From Felis catus (taxonomy: Eukaryota): a DNA stretch of 64,000 nt. Each line of letters starts with the position of its first letter. The first letter of the stretch is position 1. Positions 35,830 through 49,819 of this stretch are shown here, piece by piece. The stretch is taken from NCBI RefSeq assembly GCF_018350175.1, contig NC_058368.1, positions 207,206,001 to 207,270,000 of the forward strand, written 5' to 3'. The notes beneath the pieces are model-generated. The model saw only the letters and a program-made list of their open reading frames with translations, did not search any database and had not been told where the DNA came from. The position numbers and the translations under genes are program-made.

Positions 35830-36352
35830 CACTTGTTTTAGTTATTTGTTGTTAAATAAAAAATTACCAGGAAAGTTAGTGCTTAATGCTAACAGCATTA
35901 TTTAGCTTACATATCTCCAATTCCAGTAGGCATCTGTGAAGAGGACTCACCTCTGCTCCAGGTGGCACCAGCTCAACTGGGGACTACAGGATCACTTCCG
36001 AGGTGACTCCTTCATATGCCTGGCTACTGGCTGACAGTTCAGTCATGCAGCTGATGCCCTGAGCTTTGAATCTCTTCATGTGGACCTCTCTGCAAGCTGC
36101 TTCTGTGTGGGTTTCCTAACAGTGTGGTGACTGGCTTGATTGAATGTCCCAAGAGACTATACAAGGCAAAAAAATAAAAAAATAAAAATAAATCACCTTT
36201 TATGATTTAGCATAGGAAATCACAAAGTGTTACTGTCACTGACAACCGGATTCCAAAATATTAAAAAATAGACCCCACTCCTCCGTGAAGGCAGTATCAA
36301 AGTCAAGTTGTGAGACGAATCTGTAGAAAGAACATATTGTTGTAGTTACCAC
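35830..36352 (-). mobile_element. Old MaLR (MLT1H/I-like) LTR
   Basis: ctcacctctgctccaggtggca...catgtggacctctc...ttttatgatttagcataggaaatcaca...aatagaccccactcct. Confidence 0.65.
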
Positions 36353-38029
36353 TGTAACAAGAGTGAGTAAAGGAAAGAGATAAAAACTTTGCATAGAGCT
36401 GGTTTCATATGAAAACTTTTTTGATAACAATATTTGACACATTATTTTTTGTAAAACTGTAGACCGAAACATAGCAATAAAATAAAACAAATCTGAATTT
36501 ATGGGCTCTGCAAAACTCAGAAAAAAATTAACTTGAGCGGAAGGCGAAAGGAACACCACCCCTTAAGAATACAACCTCGGCCAACCTTTTGATCATCTAT
36601 AAACCCGAACTTCCTCATCTCTAAATTTGAGTTATTATATTATGACAGTTGGGACATACAATAAAATGTTTTATGTAAAGCAGAAAGTTATCAAATGCAT
36701 TCAGACAACAATTATTTGTCTCCTTTCCTGTGCATTGCCTTTCTCTGGCTGTTACCACTGACCACTGAGGTCCACAATGTGATAAATTAAATAACAAATA
36801 TTAAAAGAGATTATTTCTGGAATTATAGTCCACTGAGAAAATTCTAGATAGTAGGCTGTGGAGTGATATATTATAAATTGTCTTTGTTGTCTATTAACCA
36901 AATATTTCATTAGAAAAAAATCATTTAACAAGTTAAGTGCCATGTGGGTGTACTTTAGTCTTGGCTTAAATATTCAGAGGCAAAATGTTGTCTACCCAAG
37001 AAAAACACAATTAAGGAAGCCTTGGGGAACAGTAAAATTAAAAACAAAAGTGGAAAACACCCTACTCTACGTTCAGCAAAAGCAGGAAATGGGTTGTATG
37101 AAGGAAATAACCAGATGGGAGCATGGAAGACACTTAAAATACTAATAAAAAATTAGAACCCACGAAGTGGGATCAGGATCAAGGTGCATTTCTAGAACAT
37201 TATGAGCCGTCAAAATATTGAAATCTTTAAAATTAATTATTACTATTTAATCACAGTTAATCAAATAAATACAAATAAAGGTGAATGCAGAAAGACAAAG
37301 AAAGGAGCAAGAGGAATGATTAACGTTTGGGAAAATGGTAAGTGGGAGGGAAAGTTTGACACATGAAATCTATGCAATCTGGTCAAAAGGAAAACACGGC
37401 CAAGCATTTATTAATAATTGCTTATAAATACGTAAAGAGTTTCTAAAAGAATTTCTGCTTTCTGCTTTTCCTTTGCTTTCCCTAAAATTTTAATAAAGGG
37501 GCTTAGCCAATGACAAACCTTCAAGTACAGTGGTTTTTAAGCACCTGAGACAAACTGTGAAATTAGGTTTACAGTCAGTCTAGAAAGGAAAGAGAAAACT
37601 TTTCACTTTGAAGTATTTATGTGTTTCTAGCCACAAAGCACAAACTAGACTGATGACGACTACCAATATATGATATTCTAGAAGGTAGACTCCCATGGGA
37701 AAAAAATGAATTACTCTGAAAAAATTACATATGGCCTGAACATTTATGTAATGAAACAGATAAATGCCGTTCTGTTGGCAGTTCCTATGATAATTCCTTT
37801 GATGGAGGAATTGATATTTAAAAGTCATCAATAATCTTGGCTGTGGTGGAGAAAGGCAGACAGTAAGGTGCCTAGAGTACAGGCAGTGAGCGTAGTGGTT
37901 TTTGTGTTGCTTCTCAGCGGAAGGAGAAAGATGTGTGGGGGCGGGGAGGGTCGACCACGACACCAAGAGACTAAGCTCTGTGAGCCTGACCTTAACACAT
38001 CTCTTCATCGGCACATTTTTAAAAACTTG

Positions 38030-38537
38030 ATAATGGAATATCAGCCTTGAAAAAGAAAGAAATCCTGTTATTTGCAACAACATGGAAACACCTGAAAGTC
38101 CTCATACTAATTGAATACTAAGTGGAATAAGCCGACAGAGACATAGATTGTATCCCTTATATTTGGTATCTAGAAAACAAAAAAAAAAGCCAAGTCATAG
38201 AAACAGAGAATAGGAAAGCATTTGCCAGAGACTGGAGGAGGGGGAAATGAGGAGTTTGTCAGAAGGTACAAATGTTTGGCTGTAAGATGAAGAAGGTCTC
38301 AGGTCTAATGTAAAACATGGTGACTATAGTTGGTAACGCTGGTATCTTATAACTGAAATCTGCTAATGGAGTAGAACTTACGTGTTCTCAAAAAAGATAA
38401 ATATGAGACGAGGGTTCTGTTATTAAACTTGGAGGCAACCATTTCACAATGTTTATGTATATCAAACCGTCACTTTGTACACTTTAAATGTCTTACAATT
38501 TTATTTATCAATTATGCTTTAGTAAAGCTGGAAAAAG
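38030..38537 (+). mobile_element. L1 3' end fragment
   Basis: aatggaatatcagccttgaaaaagaaagaaatcctgttatttgcaacaacatgg...catggtgactatagttggtaac...tgtacactttaaat. Confidence 0.9.
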
Positions 38538-39169
38538 AACTTTACAAAATGCTTGCTTAGAATAACCAGATTTCTTATGAAAACAGTTGAAGGAAGCTGA
38601 GATTTGCATCTACCGTGCTGTGGGGATGGAGGTACTCAGTGAGGTGCTACGTGCAGAGTGAGTGGTGCAGTTAGTAAGGGGACAAGGGATTTTCTGCAGA
38701 AGATTTAAAGACATTCATAAAACCAACTAAGTGGTTTGTCTGCTTTGATGAGCGATTCAGAACAACATAAAGTGACACAATACTCATCCTCGAAAAAAAC
38801 TTTTTTTTTTTGCTGCTCTAAGTTCTAAATCTAAACAATTGTCCTTAGTACTGTTGAAATTAAATAATCTATGAAGAAGCTACAAATTTGCGTGTGTCTT
38901 ATCCTTATCTTTTAATAGGCATTATGCTCTACATGGAAGTTAGTTTGGAGAAATCCTGATTAAACCAGCAGCCCCCCAAAACATGCAGACTTGGCGTCAT
39001 GTGTTTGTCTCCAGACTAAGAACTCGATTCTTATTTCCATTTGATCATCATTATGGTATCATTGTTCATTTCAAATTGACTGTTAAAAGGAGAAATATGT
39101 TGTATCAGAAGTGAGCTCAGATTTTCCCAAGCAATACACAGAAATTATAATTTGGAAGGGAATATATCA

Positions 39170-40160
39170 TTTGAAAGTTGCTGGAATTGATACAAACAGA
39201 TATGATAGTTTTACAATTTCCTGAATGTATTGTGAAATGGGATTTTTATGGGTGTTTTCTTAACATTCTTATGTTTATAACTTTTCCTAAAAGAAAAGGA
39301 TATTAGGTAAAAAAAAAAAAAAAAAGTAATGAAATTTAAATAAAGTATGTGCTTTAGTTAATAATAATGCATATATTAGTTCATTAGTTGTAATAAATGT
39401 ACCATTTTTTAATGCTTATTCTTGAGAGTGAGAGAGAGAAGCACGAGCAGGGAGGGGCAGAGAGAGAGAGAGACACAGAATCTGAAACAGGCTCCAGGCT
39501 CTGAGCCGTCAGCACAGAGACCAATGAGGGGCTCGAACTCATGAACCAAGAGATCATACCTGAGCCGAAGTCAAATGCTTAACTGACTGAGCCACCCAGG
39601 TGCCCCTATAAATGTACCATTCTAATGTAAGATGTTAATAGGGGAAACTGAGCATTAAAATTCGTAATTTTTCTGTAAATCTAAAAATGTTCTAAAAAGT
39701 AAAGTTTAAACACTCTTAAAAATGTTCTAACAATTCATATGATCATTGCTGCGTGTGAAAGAAATATCTCTAAATTAAAATAAAAAATTGCTTTTGATCA
39801 ATTATGAGCAAATATCAATGAAAAAATTGTCCTGCTGTCTATTGAACATGAACATACAAATAAAAATAATATCTATAAAGTCATTTCAATTTTTCAGAAG
39901 TTAGAGATTGAAAACAGATACTGTAATGTGATTATTCGCAGGCTAAAATGTGGTTATAAGTTTTTATTTCTTGTTTCAAAAAGTGCATCAGTATAGATAA
40001 AAATATTAGCTCATGATTTTCCCTTTCTGTACTATTATATTTATTTTATTTTTAATGTATTTTTGCTGGCATACTTATACATATTTAACATATAATGAAG
40101 TACAATAACCAAGAATTTCCATTCTTTTTTCTGGCCATTAGTATTTTTTACCGAACTTCA
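39170..40160 (+). mobile_element. hAT (Tip100/Zaphod-like) transposase C-terminal relic, interrupted by an L1 3' fragment (~39340-39715) and a SINE
   Basis: ctaacaattcatatgatcattgctgcgtgtgaaagaaatatctctaaattaaaa = LTIHMIIAACERNISKLK (hAT dimerisation motif CERSFSKLK), followed by LLSIEHEH. Confidence 0.6.
39407..39606 (-). mobile_element. CanSINE
   Basis: TSD ataaatgtaccatt at 39393-39406 and 39608-39621. Confidence 0.97.
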
Positions 40161-42864
40161 TGATTAGAACTGAAAATATTTTGTCTTGTAGAAAGAGAGT
40201 TTTACTAACAAATTATCTACTTCAAATTGCACCAGTGGGTAGATCCAAACAGCATCAAGATAGAATAAATTCTGATGATTAGTAAAAATCTTGTCAAGGG
40301 TCATATTATGATCCCAGGGCCAGGAGAATTCAACTGTTACCTTGGTTACATACTCAAAATAACAACAACAACAAACAAAACAAAACAAAACAAAACAGAA
40401 ATTGGGATGTGGGTATGTGTATAGAAACTAGGTATTTTATAGAGACACAAGAGTGACTCTTCTATATCTAGAAAAGGAGTTTTCCTACTAGTTTATTTCC
40501 AGCAACTATTCTTCTCAAATACATTGTCTCTTCATGTGGGACACTCGTTGTCAGGATTTGTTTTTCCCATCCCAACACGCAGGATTATCACCGTTTTAAT
40601 GTCCAGGCAGAGGGGAAAGAGGACAGAAAAATCAAAACATGACCATAGGTATATAGTGGAATTTCTGAAGTTCAGTATGTGGTGTAAATATGATCTCCCA
40701 GATGATTCATGGTTCTGAATAATCTACCCCCAGGGGGTATGACCCCATCTTCTTGCAATCCCAATTAACGGATGTTGACTGTTCGTTGTATGATCATTGG
40801 GTTTCTCAATTGCATTCTTCCCATTAGCTCATCACATTATTGGTATCCTAGTCTATCTTTGGGGCTGGCTAATCTTCTGGCCATGCTGGATCTCTCTTCA
40901 TCTCAGCTCAAAAACTTTATTAATAGTATTCATGATTCCTAAGTTCCAAACATCACTATCTCATATCACACACCACACTACCTGGCTTCACTTTTAGGAT
41001 CTGTCCTCATTATCTCGTCTTTTGGTATTTACAATATTTGAGAAAGAGGAGGAGGAAGAAGAGTGTGGAGTTTATTCCCAAAAAGTTCAAAAGAAGAATC
41101 TGCAATTGTTCATCATTTTTGTTGTTCATAACCAGGATTTGGTGTCATTCTTAGGTTTTAGACCACTGATTACACAGGCTCATTTTCCAAGCTTAGGAAA
41201 TAAATACAAAATATAAACACAAAGATAGTTGATCAATGTTACACTCATATGGCTCTCAGATTTTCAAGGATAGTAAAAATTATTTACTATTTTGTCCTTT
41301 AAGAATATTCATATTTAGCTGATTGTATGTCCTTGTTTTCTGTACAATATATAATTATACCCTTTCAAATTCAATAAGAGTATATTGAAGTTCCTTTATA
41401 GCATCATATACTTAATGGATAAATTATTTGAGTCCTTCCCCACAAAGCCAGTTTTCCAATTTCTATTATTTTTATGACTCCTCTTGTGAATGAATATTGT
41501 CATTGCAACAATAAAACAGACAGCTAAGAGGATCAAGTTAGAGAAAAATATAAGTCATCATCAAAGTCAGTAAATGCACTCAGGATCTCCCTCAGCCCCC
41601 ACAAATGGGCCCATGCTTATTTCAGCATTTGGAGTAGCAAAGTGACTCTGGGTTCTGCCAAACATGGACACAATATGCTCTCCTCCAAACCCTATATGTT
41701 TCTTTCCCACTTAGTCTGTTCCCAACTTTAATGAACTATGTTCCAGAAGTCCATTAATTGAGTCTATTTGGATTTGTAATGCATTTTCCCAGAGAAATGT
41801 GATGAGCATATTTCCAGGCCTGCCCACAAACTCTATTTATTCACAGAATGTTAGAGCTGGAGGGACTTAAAAAATCATTTAATCTAGCCATTTTAAAACC
41901 ATAATTTGCTGAAATTATAACAGCTGCCCCCGGAGAGACCTTCTTGAGTTTGTTGAGGCTCCTCTGTGTCCTGACAGGGCCAGTTTATTTGTGGTTATAG
42001 AAGACAACATCCAAGGAGCTGTACCAAGAACTGTGGTTATCCTGGGAAAATCTTTGTGAAAGCAAGAACATTCTCTAGGTTTGGAGATCCATCAGGGAAG
42101 GAGCTCTAGCAGCAAAGCAAAGCACATCATTCCCTGAGGAGAAGTGTCTCACTAGGAAGCAGGAACTCTCAGTCTAGAATTTCTCTACATAAACAAGATT
42201 TATCTGTTTTATCATTACTTTCCTTTACTGAGTTGACTTTACATGGTAGTTTTCTTGAGCAGATGATGAAAGGAAGTATCATCTCAGTTAGCACCAAGAC
42301 ACTATACCCACTCAGGGAACTTGGAATGGCAGCAATGTCACAGAACACAGCTTGCACAATCTCACATTTATTTCCCAAATGCTTAGGCTTAGGATGATTT
42401 ACCCTCTATAGACTCCATACAACATCAGGAAGAAATCAAACTTTATCCTTAGATGGTAGAATCCCAATGGAGCAAAATAACACTCATAAATTTCTTCCTA
42501 GCAAGAAGGATCACAGAACAAGATTGTCCCACCTTTTCTTTAAAAGCCATGTCCCTTTTTGTTAATTATCTAAAGAGAATCTCATCTTCTTAATCCCCAT
42601 TAATTAACTAAAAAAAAACTCATCTCCTTCACTTAGTTTTCCCTAAGATGACAAGGACCATCATAAAGACTTACTGTCCTAGGACTGATTAAGTTTTTGT
42701 TTGTTCTTTTGTTTGTTTTTGTGTTTTGTTTTGTTTGTGTAGAGAAAACAAAAACCCATAGTATTCTATTTGGTTGTCTATGAAATATTATGATATTATG
42801 ATCACATAAATAGTGACTTTTTACTTCTTACTGGTGAAACCAGATAATTATTCAGGTATTTAAC

Positions 42865-43024
42865 ACAAACTCTGGAGTCAGACTCAAAATTTTGTCCCAC
42901 TAATTTAATACTTATAAACTTGGGAAAGTTACCAGATCATGCCAAGCCTTAGTTTTTACCACCAGTGAAATGGTGATAATAATAGCATTAAATTCATAGG
43001 GCAGTTTTAATAATTAAAAGAGTA
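42865..43024 (+). mobile_element. MIR 5' part (3' part resumes at ~50721-50810, after the L1)
   Basis: ctctggagtcagac...cttgggaaagttacc...gccttagtttttaccaccagtgaaatggtgataataatag. Confidence 0.8.
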
Positions 43025-44567
43025 GGAATACTCAGGGAGGAGGGCAGAGTAGGGGGATCCTGAGCTCACCTTATCCCACAAACACAATTAGTTAACACCC
43101 ACATCATTGTAAGTAAACCAGAAAATGATCTGAAGACTGGCAGAATAGACTCTCCACAGCTAAATGTTGAGAAGAGGCCACATCAAAGAAGGTAGGATGG
43201 ATAGAGACACAGTCAGGAGCAAAATGGACACACTAGACTGCCTGCAGGAGGAAAAGACACAGTGGGCATGGAGAGGTGGATGAGCAGACTTCCACACTAG
43301 GCACTGCGGGCATAAGGGACCCTCACAGGGATGACAGATCCCCATAACAATTGACCTGGCTTTACAAATTCTTACAATCAGAGGGGCTTAGCAACTAGAA
43401 CTTTAAAAATCAGTGGACTCAACTCTGTGAGAACCATAGGAAACTAAATTCCCACCCGGAAAGAGACAGCATAACAAACAGCCATGCTGACATACAGCAT
43501 AAAAGTAATCTGAAAAACACCTAGTGTATACAGGAAGGAGATTAATTTACTAACCTCAGAGTGTGTGCTGGATGAGCAGGGATCTTCAGCATACTTCTTC
43601 AAGAACAAAAGAGCTAGCAGATGCCATTTCCCTCCCATACCACCCCAGCCTACATACCTGAACATCTATAGGAATCAGCTCAGTGCCAACACTCTCCTCC
43701 TAGCTTACTAACAGCATGCCCTGCCCCTTCACACTTCTGTAAGTCCATCCCCAACAACCCGGTCAGCCTTGAAGGAAATTTTCCCAGATAGCTGATGGTA
43801 CCCTCCTGAAGCAGACCAGCATGGATCTTGAGGGCACTGTGCCACCCATTCCCAAGTTTTCTGTGGACCTACCCCCCTCCAATCTGGGGTAAGCCTTGAA
43901 GGGAATATTCCCAGGCAGATCAGCATGGACCTTACTGGCACCACAAACCTCATGCCCTTGTTCTCCTGCAGATTTGTCCCCTCAGTATGGCCTTGGTTAG
44001 AACCTATCCAAAGCCATGCCACAAACCTGGCAGTGTGCAAGCAGCCTGACAAGGGTCAGCACCATTCCAAAGTGACTTCTGCCCCAGGAAGAAAGGAAGA
44101 TAACCACACACACCAGTCCCACTGCAGCCCTAGTAGTGGGCTGGGAGCAGACATCTGGTTAGACTATAGGCCCTGCCCACCAAAAAAGCTTCTCAGAAGA
44201 CAACACGAGGAAAGTATTCTGATGTTCTGTGCTCCTGCATCTCTGTCAAATATGTAGTCTGACTCAACTCAAGCCCAAGGTGGCCCTAGTCTAGCCCACT
44301 AACAAAACAGAGACCAAACCCAGCCCACAACATGCAAATAGAGCCATTGTAGATGACTGGACTGAAGGCAAATGTGGCTCAGTCACAAGAGTAGGGCATA
44401 GACAACACATATAGGAGACACCCTAGAAATACAAAATTCTGATGAATGGGGGACATTGCACTGCAGGGCACTACAGATCATCTTCATCATAAGGCCACTA
44501 CTTTCAAGAGCAGGAGATGTAGCTGACTTTCCTAACACATAAAAAGAGACACAGAGAGTTAGACAAA

Positions 44568-45454
44568 ATGAGGAGACAGAGGAATATCTCCCAAATGAAA
44601 GAACAGGACAAAATCACAGCAAGAGAGCTAAATTAAATGGAGATAAGTAATATGCTTGATAGGGAATTTAGAATAATGGTCATAAAGATACTCACTGGAC
44701 TTGAGAAGAGAGTGGGGGACATTAGTGACACCCTTAACAATGAAATGGAAAATATAAAAAAGAACCAATCAGAGATGAAGAGCTCAATAACTGTAATTAA
44801 AATTACACTAGATGGAATAAAGAGTAGACTAGAGGGAGCAGAAGAAAGGATGAGCAATCTGGAAGGCACAGTCATCAAAAACAATCAAGAACAGGAGAAA
44901 GAAAAAATAATGATAAAAAATGAAAATAGACTTAGGGAACTCAGTAACACCATAAAGCATAATAACATTCATATTATAGGGATCACAGGAGGAAAAGAGA
45001 GAGAAAGGGGGGAAGAAAATGTATTTGAAGAAAAAAATCGCTGAAAACTTCCCAAATCTGTGAAAAGAAACAGAAATCCAGATCCAGAAGGCACAGGAAG
45101 CTCCCAAGAAAATCAATCCAAGGAGGATCACACCAAAACATACAGTAATAAGTAGAGAATTTTAAAAGCAGCAAGAGAAAAGAAAACAGTTACATACAAG
45201 GAAAACCCCATAAGTCTATCAGCTGATTTTTCAGAAGAAACTTGGCAGGCCAGAAGGGAACAGCATGATATATTTAAAGTGCTAAAAGAAAAAAAAAACA
45301 AAAAACCCAAAACTTACAACCAGGAATACTCTAACCAGCAAGGCTACCATTCAGAATAGAAAAAGAGATAAGAGTTTCTCAGACAACCAAACATTAAAGG
45401 AATTAATTATCACTAAAGTAGCCCTTCAAGGATTGTTAAAGGGGACTCATTTAG
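44568..45454 (+). pseudogene. L1 ORF1 (RNA-binding chaperone), disrupted
   Basis: ATGAGGAGACAGAGGAAT start; coiled-coil piece EISNMLDREFRIMVIKIL...NNIHIIGI (ORF 44637-45044); stops and frameshifts. Confidence 0.9.
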
Positions 45455-45525
45455 TGGAAAGGAAAGACCATACACAGGAGTGAGAAAATTAAGAAGCACA
45501 AAAGCAGTAAAATTAAGGGTATCTA

Positions 45526-45769
45526 GATCTTGAAAAACTTAACAGAAGACCATGGGGGAGGGGAAAGAAAAAAAAAAAGAGGTTAGAGAGGGAGGGAGCC
45601 AAAACGTAAGAGACTCTTAAAAACTGAGAACAAACTGCGGGTTGATGGGTGGTGGGAGGGACGGGAGAGTGGGTGATGGGTATTGAGGAGGGCACCTGTT
45701 GGTATGAGCACTGGGTGTTGTATGGAAACAATTTGACAATAAATTTCATATTTTAAAAAAAACATAAAA
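45526..45769 (+). mobile_element. Young feline L1 3' fragment nested in the older L1 inter-ORF spacer
   Basis: Perfect 17-bp TSD aaaattaagggtatcta at 45509-45525 and 45770-45786; aataaa and A-tail. Confidence 0.95.
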
Positions 45770-46966
45770 AAAATTAAGGGTATCTATAAAAATCAGGCAA
45801 GGGATTCGCAAAATAAAAGTATGTAAAGTATGACACCATGTAGCTAAAACGTGGAGGTGAGGAGGAGAGGAATAAAAGAATGAATTCAAATTCAACTGAC
45901 CATCAACTTAATAGACACTGCTATATGCATAAGATGTTATATACAAACCGAATGGTAACCACAAACCAAAAACCGATAATAATTATGCAAAAAAATAAAA
46001 AATAGAGAAAGGAACCCAAGTAAGCAAACCATGAGAAACTAAACTAAGGCAAGCCAGCAGAATATGAGAAAATAGAGCAAGAGAAGAAAAGAACAGAGTA
46101 GAACTACGAAGACAACCATAAAATAAGTAACAAATGGCAATAAGTACATATCTATCAATAATTACTTTGGATGTAAATGGATTAAATTCTCCAATCAAGA
46201 CATGGTAATGGAGTGGATTAAAAATAAGGACCATCTATATGCTGCCTATAAGAGACACTTTTCTGACCTAAAGACACATGCAGATTGAAAGTGAAGGTAT
46301 GGAGAGGCATTTATCATGCAAGTGGAAGTGAAAAGAAAGCCAGTTTAGCACTACTTCCACTGGACAACATAAACCTTAAAATGAAACTGTAACAAGAGAC
46401 AAAGAACACTTTTAATCATAAAGAGAACAGCTTAACAAGAAGATATAACACCCAACATGGGAGCACCCAAATACATAAAGCAGCTAATAACAAACATAAA
46501 GAAAGTAATCAATAGTAATATTATAGCAGTAGGTAACTTTAAAACCCCACTTAAATCAATGGATAGATCATTTAAACAGAAAATCAACAAGGAAACATTG
46601 GCTTTGAATGACACTTTGGACCAGATGGATCTAATAGATATACTTAGAACATTCCATCCTAAAACAGCAGAATACACATTCTTTTCAAGTGCATATGGAA
46701 CATTCTCCAAAAAGATCACATATTAATCCACAAAACAAGTCTCATAAAATTCAAAAAGACTGAAACCATACCATGCATCTTTTCTGACCACAATACTATT
46801 AAGCTAGAAATCAACCACAAGAAAAAATCTGGAAATAACCCAAATACATGGAGGGTAAATAACATGCAACTAAACAATGAATGGGTCAACCAAGAAATAA
46901 AAGAGAAAAAAATACATGAAGATAAATTAAAAAGAAAACACAATGGTTCAAAAATTTTGGGATGCT

Positions 46967-47186
46967 GGGGCGCCTGGGTGGCGCAGTCGGTTAAGCGTCC
47001 GACTTCAGCCAGGTCACGATCTTGCGGTCCGTGAGTTCGAGCCCTGCATCAGGCTCTGGGCTGATGGCTCAGAGCCTGGAGCTGTTTCCGATTCTGTGTC
47101 TCCCTCTCTCTCTCTGCCCCTCCCCCGTTCATGCTCTGTCTCTCTGTCCCAAAAATAAATAAACGTTGAAAAAAAAATTAAAAAAA
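46967..47186 (+). mobile_element. Youngest-type feline CanSINE in L1 ORF2
   Basis: GGTGGCGCAGTCGG...TTCAGCCAGGTCACG variant head; TSD aaaatt(tt/gg)gggatgct. Confidence 0.97.
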
Positions 47187-49622
47187 AAAATTGGGGGATG
47201 CTGCAAAAGCTGTTCTAAGAGGGAAGTATAGAGCAATACAGACCTACATCAAGAAGCAAGAAAAATCTCAAATAAACAAACTAATCTTACACCTAAAGGA
47301 GCCATAAGAAGAACAAACAAAACCTCAAACTAATAGAGGAAGAGAATAATAAAGATTAGAGCATAAATAAATGAACTTGAAACTAAAAACAAAACAAAAC
47401 AATAGAACAACAGATCAATGAAACCAGGAGCTAGTTCTTTAAAAAGATCTGAAGAAAATGATAACCTTCAGCCATACTCAAGGAGAAAGGGAGAGAGAGA
47501 GAGAGAGAGAGAGAAGACTCAAATAAACAAAATCAGAAGTAAAATAGGAGAAATAACAACAAATGCCACAGAAATACAAAGGATTATATGAGGATATTTA
47601 GAAAATTATATGTTAACAAATTGGACAACCTAGAAGCAATGGATAAATTCCTAGAAACATATAACCTCCTAAAACTGAACCAGGAAGAAATAGAAAGTTG
47701 AATCAATCAATTACCATTATGAAATTGAATCATCAATAGATAACACTCCCAACAAACAAAAGTCTCAGGACCAGACATTGTCACAGGTGAATTCTACCAA
47801 ACATTTAAAGAGTTAATACTTATTTTTTTCAAAGTATTTCAAAAAAGAAAAAAGCTTCTAAACTCTATGAGACCAGAATTATCCTGATACCAAAATCACA
47901 TAAAGACACTACCAAGAAAAATTAATAAAATAAATTAATAAAATAAAATAAAATAATAAGAGAAAGAGAGAACTACCAGCCAATGTCCCTGATGAACACA
48001 GATGCAAAAATCCCCAACAAATAATTAGCAAACTGAATCCAACAATATATTTAAAAAATCATTTACCACAATCAAGTGGGACTTATTTTTGAGATGAAAA
48101 TATGGTTCAATATTCACAAATCAATCAACATGATACATCACATCAACAAGAGAATGATAAAAACTATACGATCATTTCAATAGATGCAGAAAAACCATTT
48201 GACAAAGTATAACATGCATTCATGATAAAAAACCCTCAACAAAGTAGGTTTAGAGGGAACATACCTCAACATAATAAAAGCTGTATATGAAAAACCCACA
48301 ACTATCATCATACTCAATGGTGAAAAACTGGGAGCTTGTCCCCTAGTATCAGGAACAAGACAAGGATGTCCACTGTCACCACTTTTATTCAACATAGTAC
48401 CAGAAGTCCTAACCACAGCAATCAGTCACAACAACAAAAAAATAAAAACTTAAAAAAGATTAAAAAATAGAAGTCCAAGTTGGTAAGGAAGAAGTGAAAC
48501 TTTAACTGTTTTCAGATGACATGATACTATATATACAAAACCCTAAATATCTACCAAAAACACTACTAAAATTGATAAGTGTGACAGGAAGGTAGCAGGA
48601 TACAAAATCAATATACAGAAACCCACTGAATTTCTATACACTAATAATGAAGTAGCAGAAAGAGAAACTAAGAAACCAATCCCATATAAATTGCACCAGA
48701 AATAATAAAATACTTAGGAATAAACGTAGGGAGGTGAAAGGCTATACTCCGAAAACTATAAAACACTGATGAAAGAAACTGAACACAACACAAAGGGAAA
48801 AATATTCCAGGCTTATGGATTGGAAGAATAAATATTGTTAAAATGGCCATATTACTCAAAGCAATCTACAGATTTAATGCAATCCCTATCAAAATACAAA
48901 CAGCATTTTTTACAGAACTAGAACATATCATCCTTAAATTTGTTTGAAACCACAAAAGACCCTGAATAGTCAGAGAAATCTTGAAAAAGATGAACAAATC
49001 TGAAGGTATCACAATCACAGATATCAGGAGATACTACAAAGCTGTAGTGATCAAAGCAATATGGTACTGGGACAAAAATAGATACAGACCAGTGGAACAG
49101 AATAGAGAGCCCAGAAATAAATTCACAATTATATGGTCAATTAATCTGTGGCAAGAAGACAAGAATATGCAATGGGAAAAAAGACAGTCTCTTCAACAAA
49201 TAGTGTTGGAATAACTGGACAGTTACATCCAAAAGAATGAAACTGGACCACTTTTTTACACCATACACAAAAATAAACTCAACATTGGTTAAAGACCTAA
49301 ATATGAGACCTAAAACCATAAAAATCCTAGAAGAGAGCACAGGAAGTAATTTCTCTGATATCAACCATAGCAACAGTTTTCTAGATATCTCCTAAGGCAA
49401 GGGCAACAAAAGCAAGAATAAACTTTTGGAAGTACATCAAAATGCAATGCTTTTGGACAGTGAAGGAAATAATCAACAATACTAAAAGACAACCTACTGA
49501 ATTGAATGGGAGAAGATATTTGCAAATGACACATCTGATAAAGGGTTAGTATCCAAAGTATAAAGAACTTATACAACTCAACACCAAAAACCAAATAGTT
49601 AAATTAAAAAATGGGCAGAAGA

Positions 49623-49819
49623 GACATGCCTAGGTGACTCAGTAAGTTAAGTGTCCAACTTCAGCTCAGGTTATGATCTCTCAGTTCATGGGTTCGAGCC
49701 CTGCATTGGGCTCTGTGCTGACAGCTTAGAGCCTGGAGCCTGCTTCAGTTTCTGTGTCTCCCCTTCTCTCTCTGCCCCTCCCCCCCTCAAAAATAAATAA
49801 AACATAAGAAAATTTTTTT
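49623..49819 (+). mobile_element. CanSINE in L1 ORF2
   Basis: TSD aatgggcagaaga at 49610-49622 and 49820-49832. Confidence 0.95.

Noticed and set aside
37580..38083. Longest ORF in the track (167 aa)
   Set aside because: Begins in antisense L1 3' sequence; no recognisable protein similarity
44637..49214. L1 ORF pieces as expressed CDS or an active retroelement
   Set aside because: Many stops and frameshifts, SINE insertions in ORF2 and an altered RT motif (FSDD)
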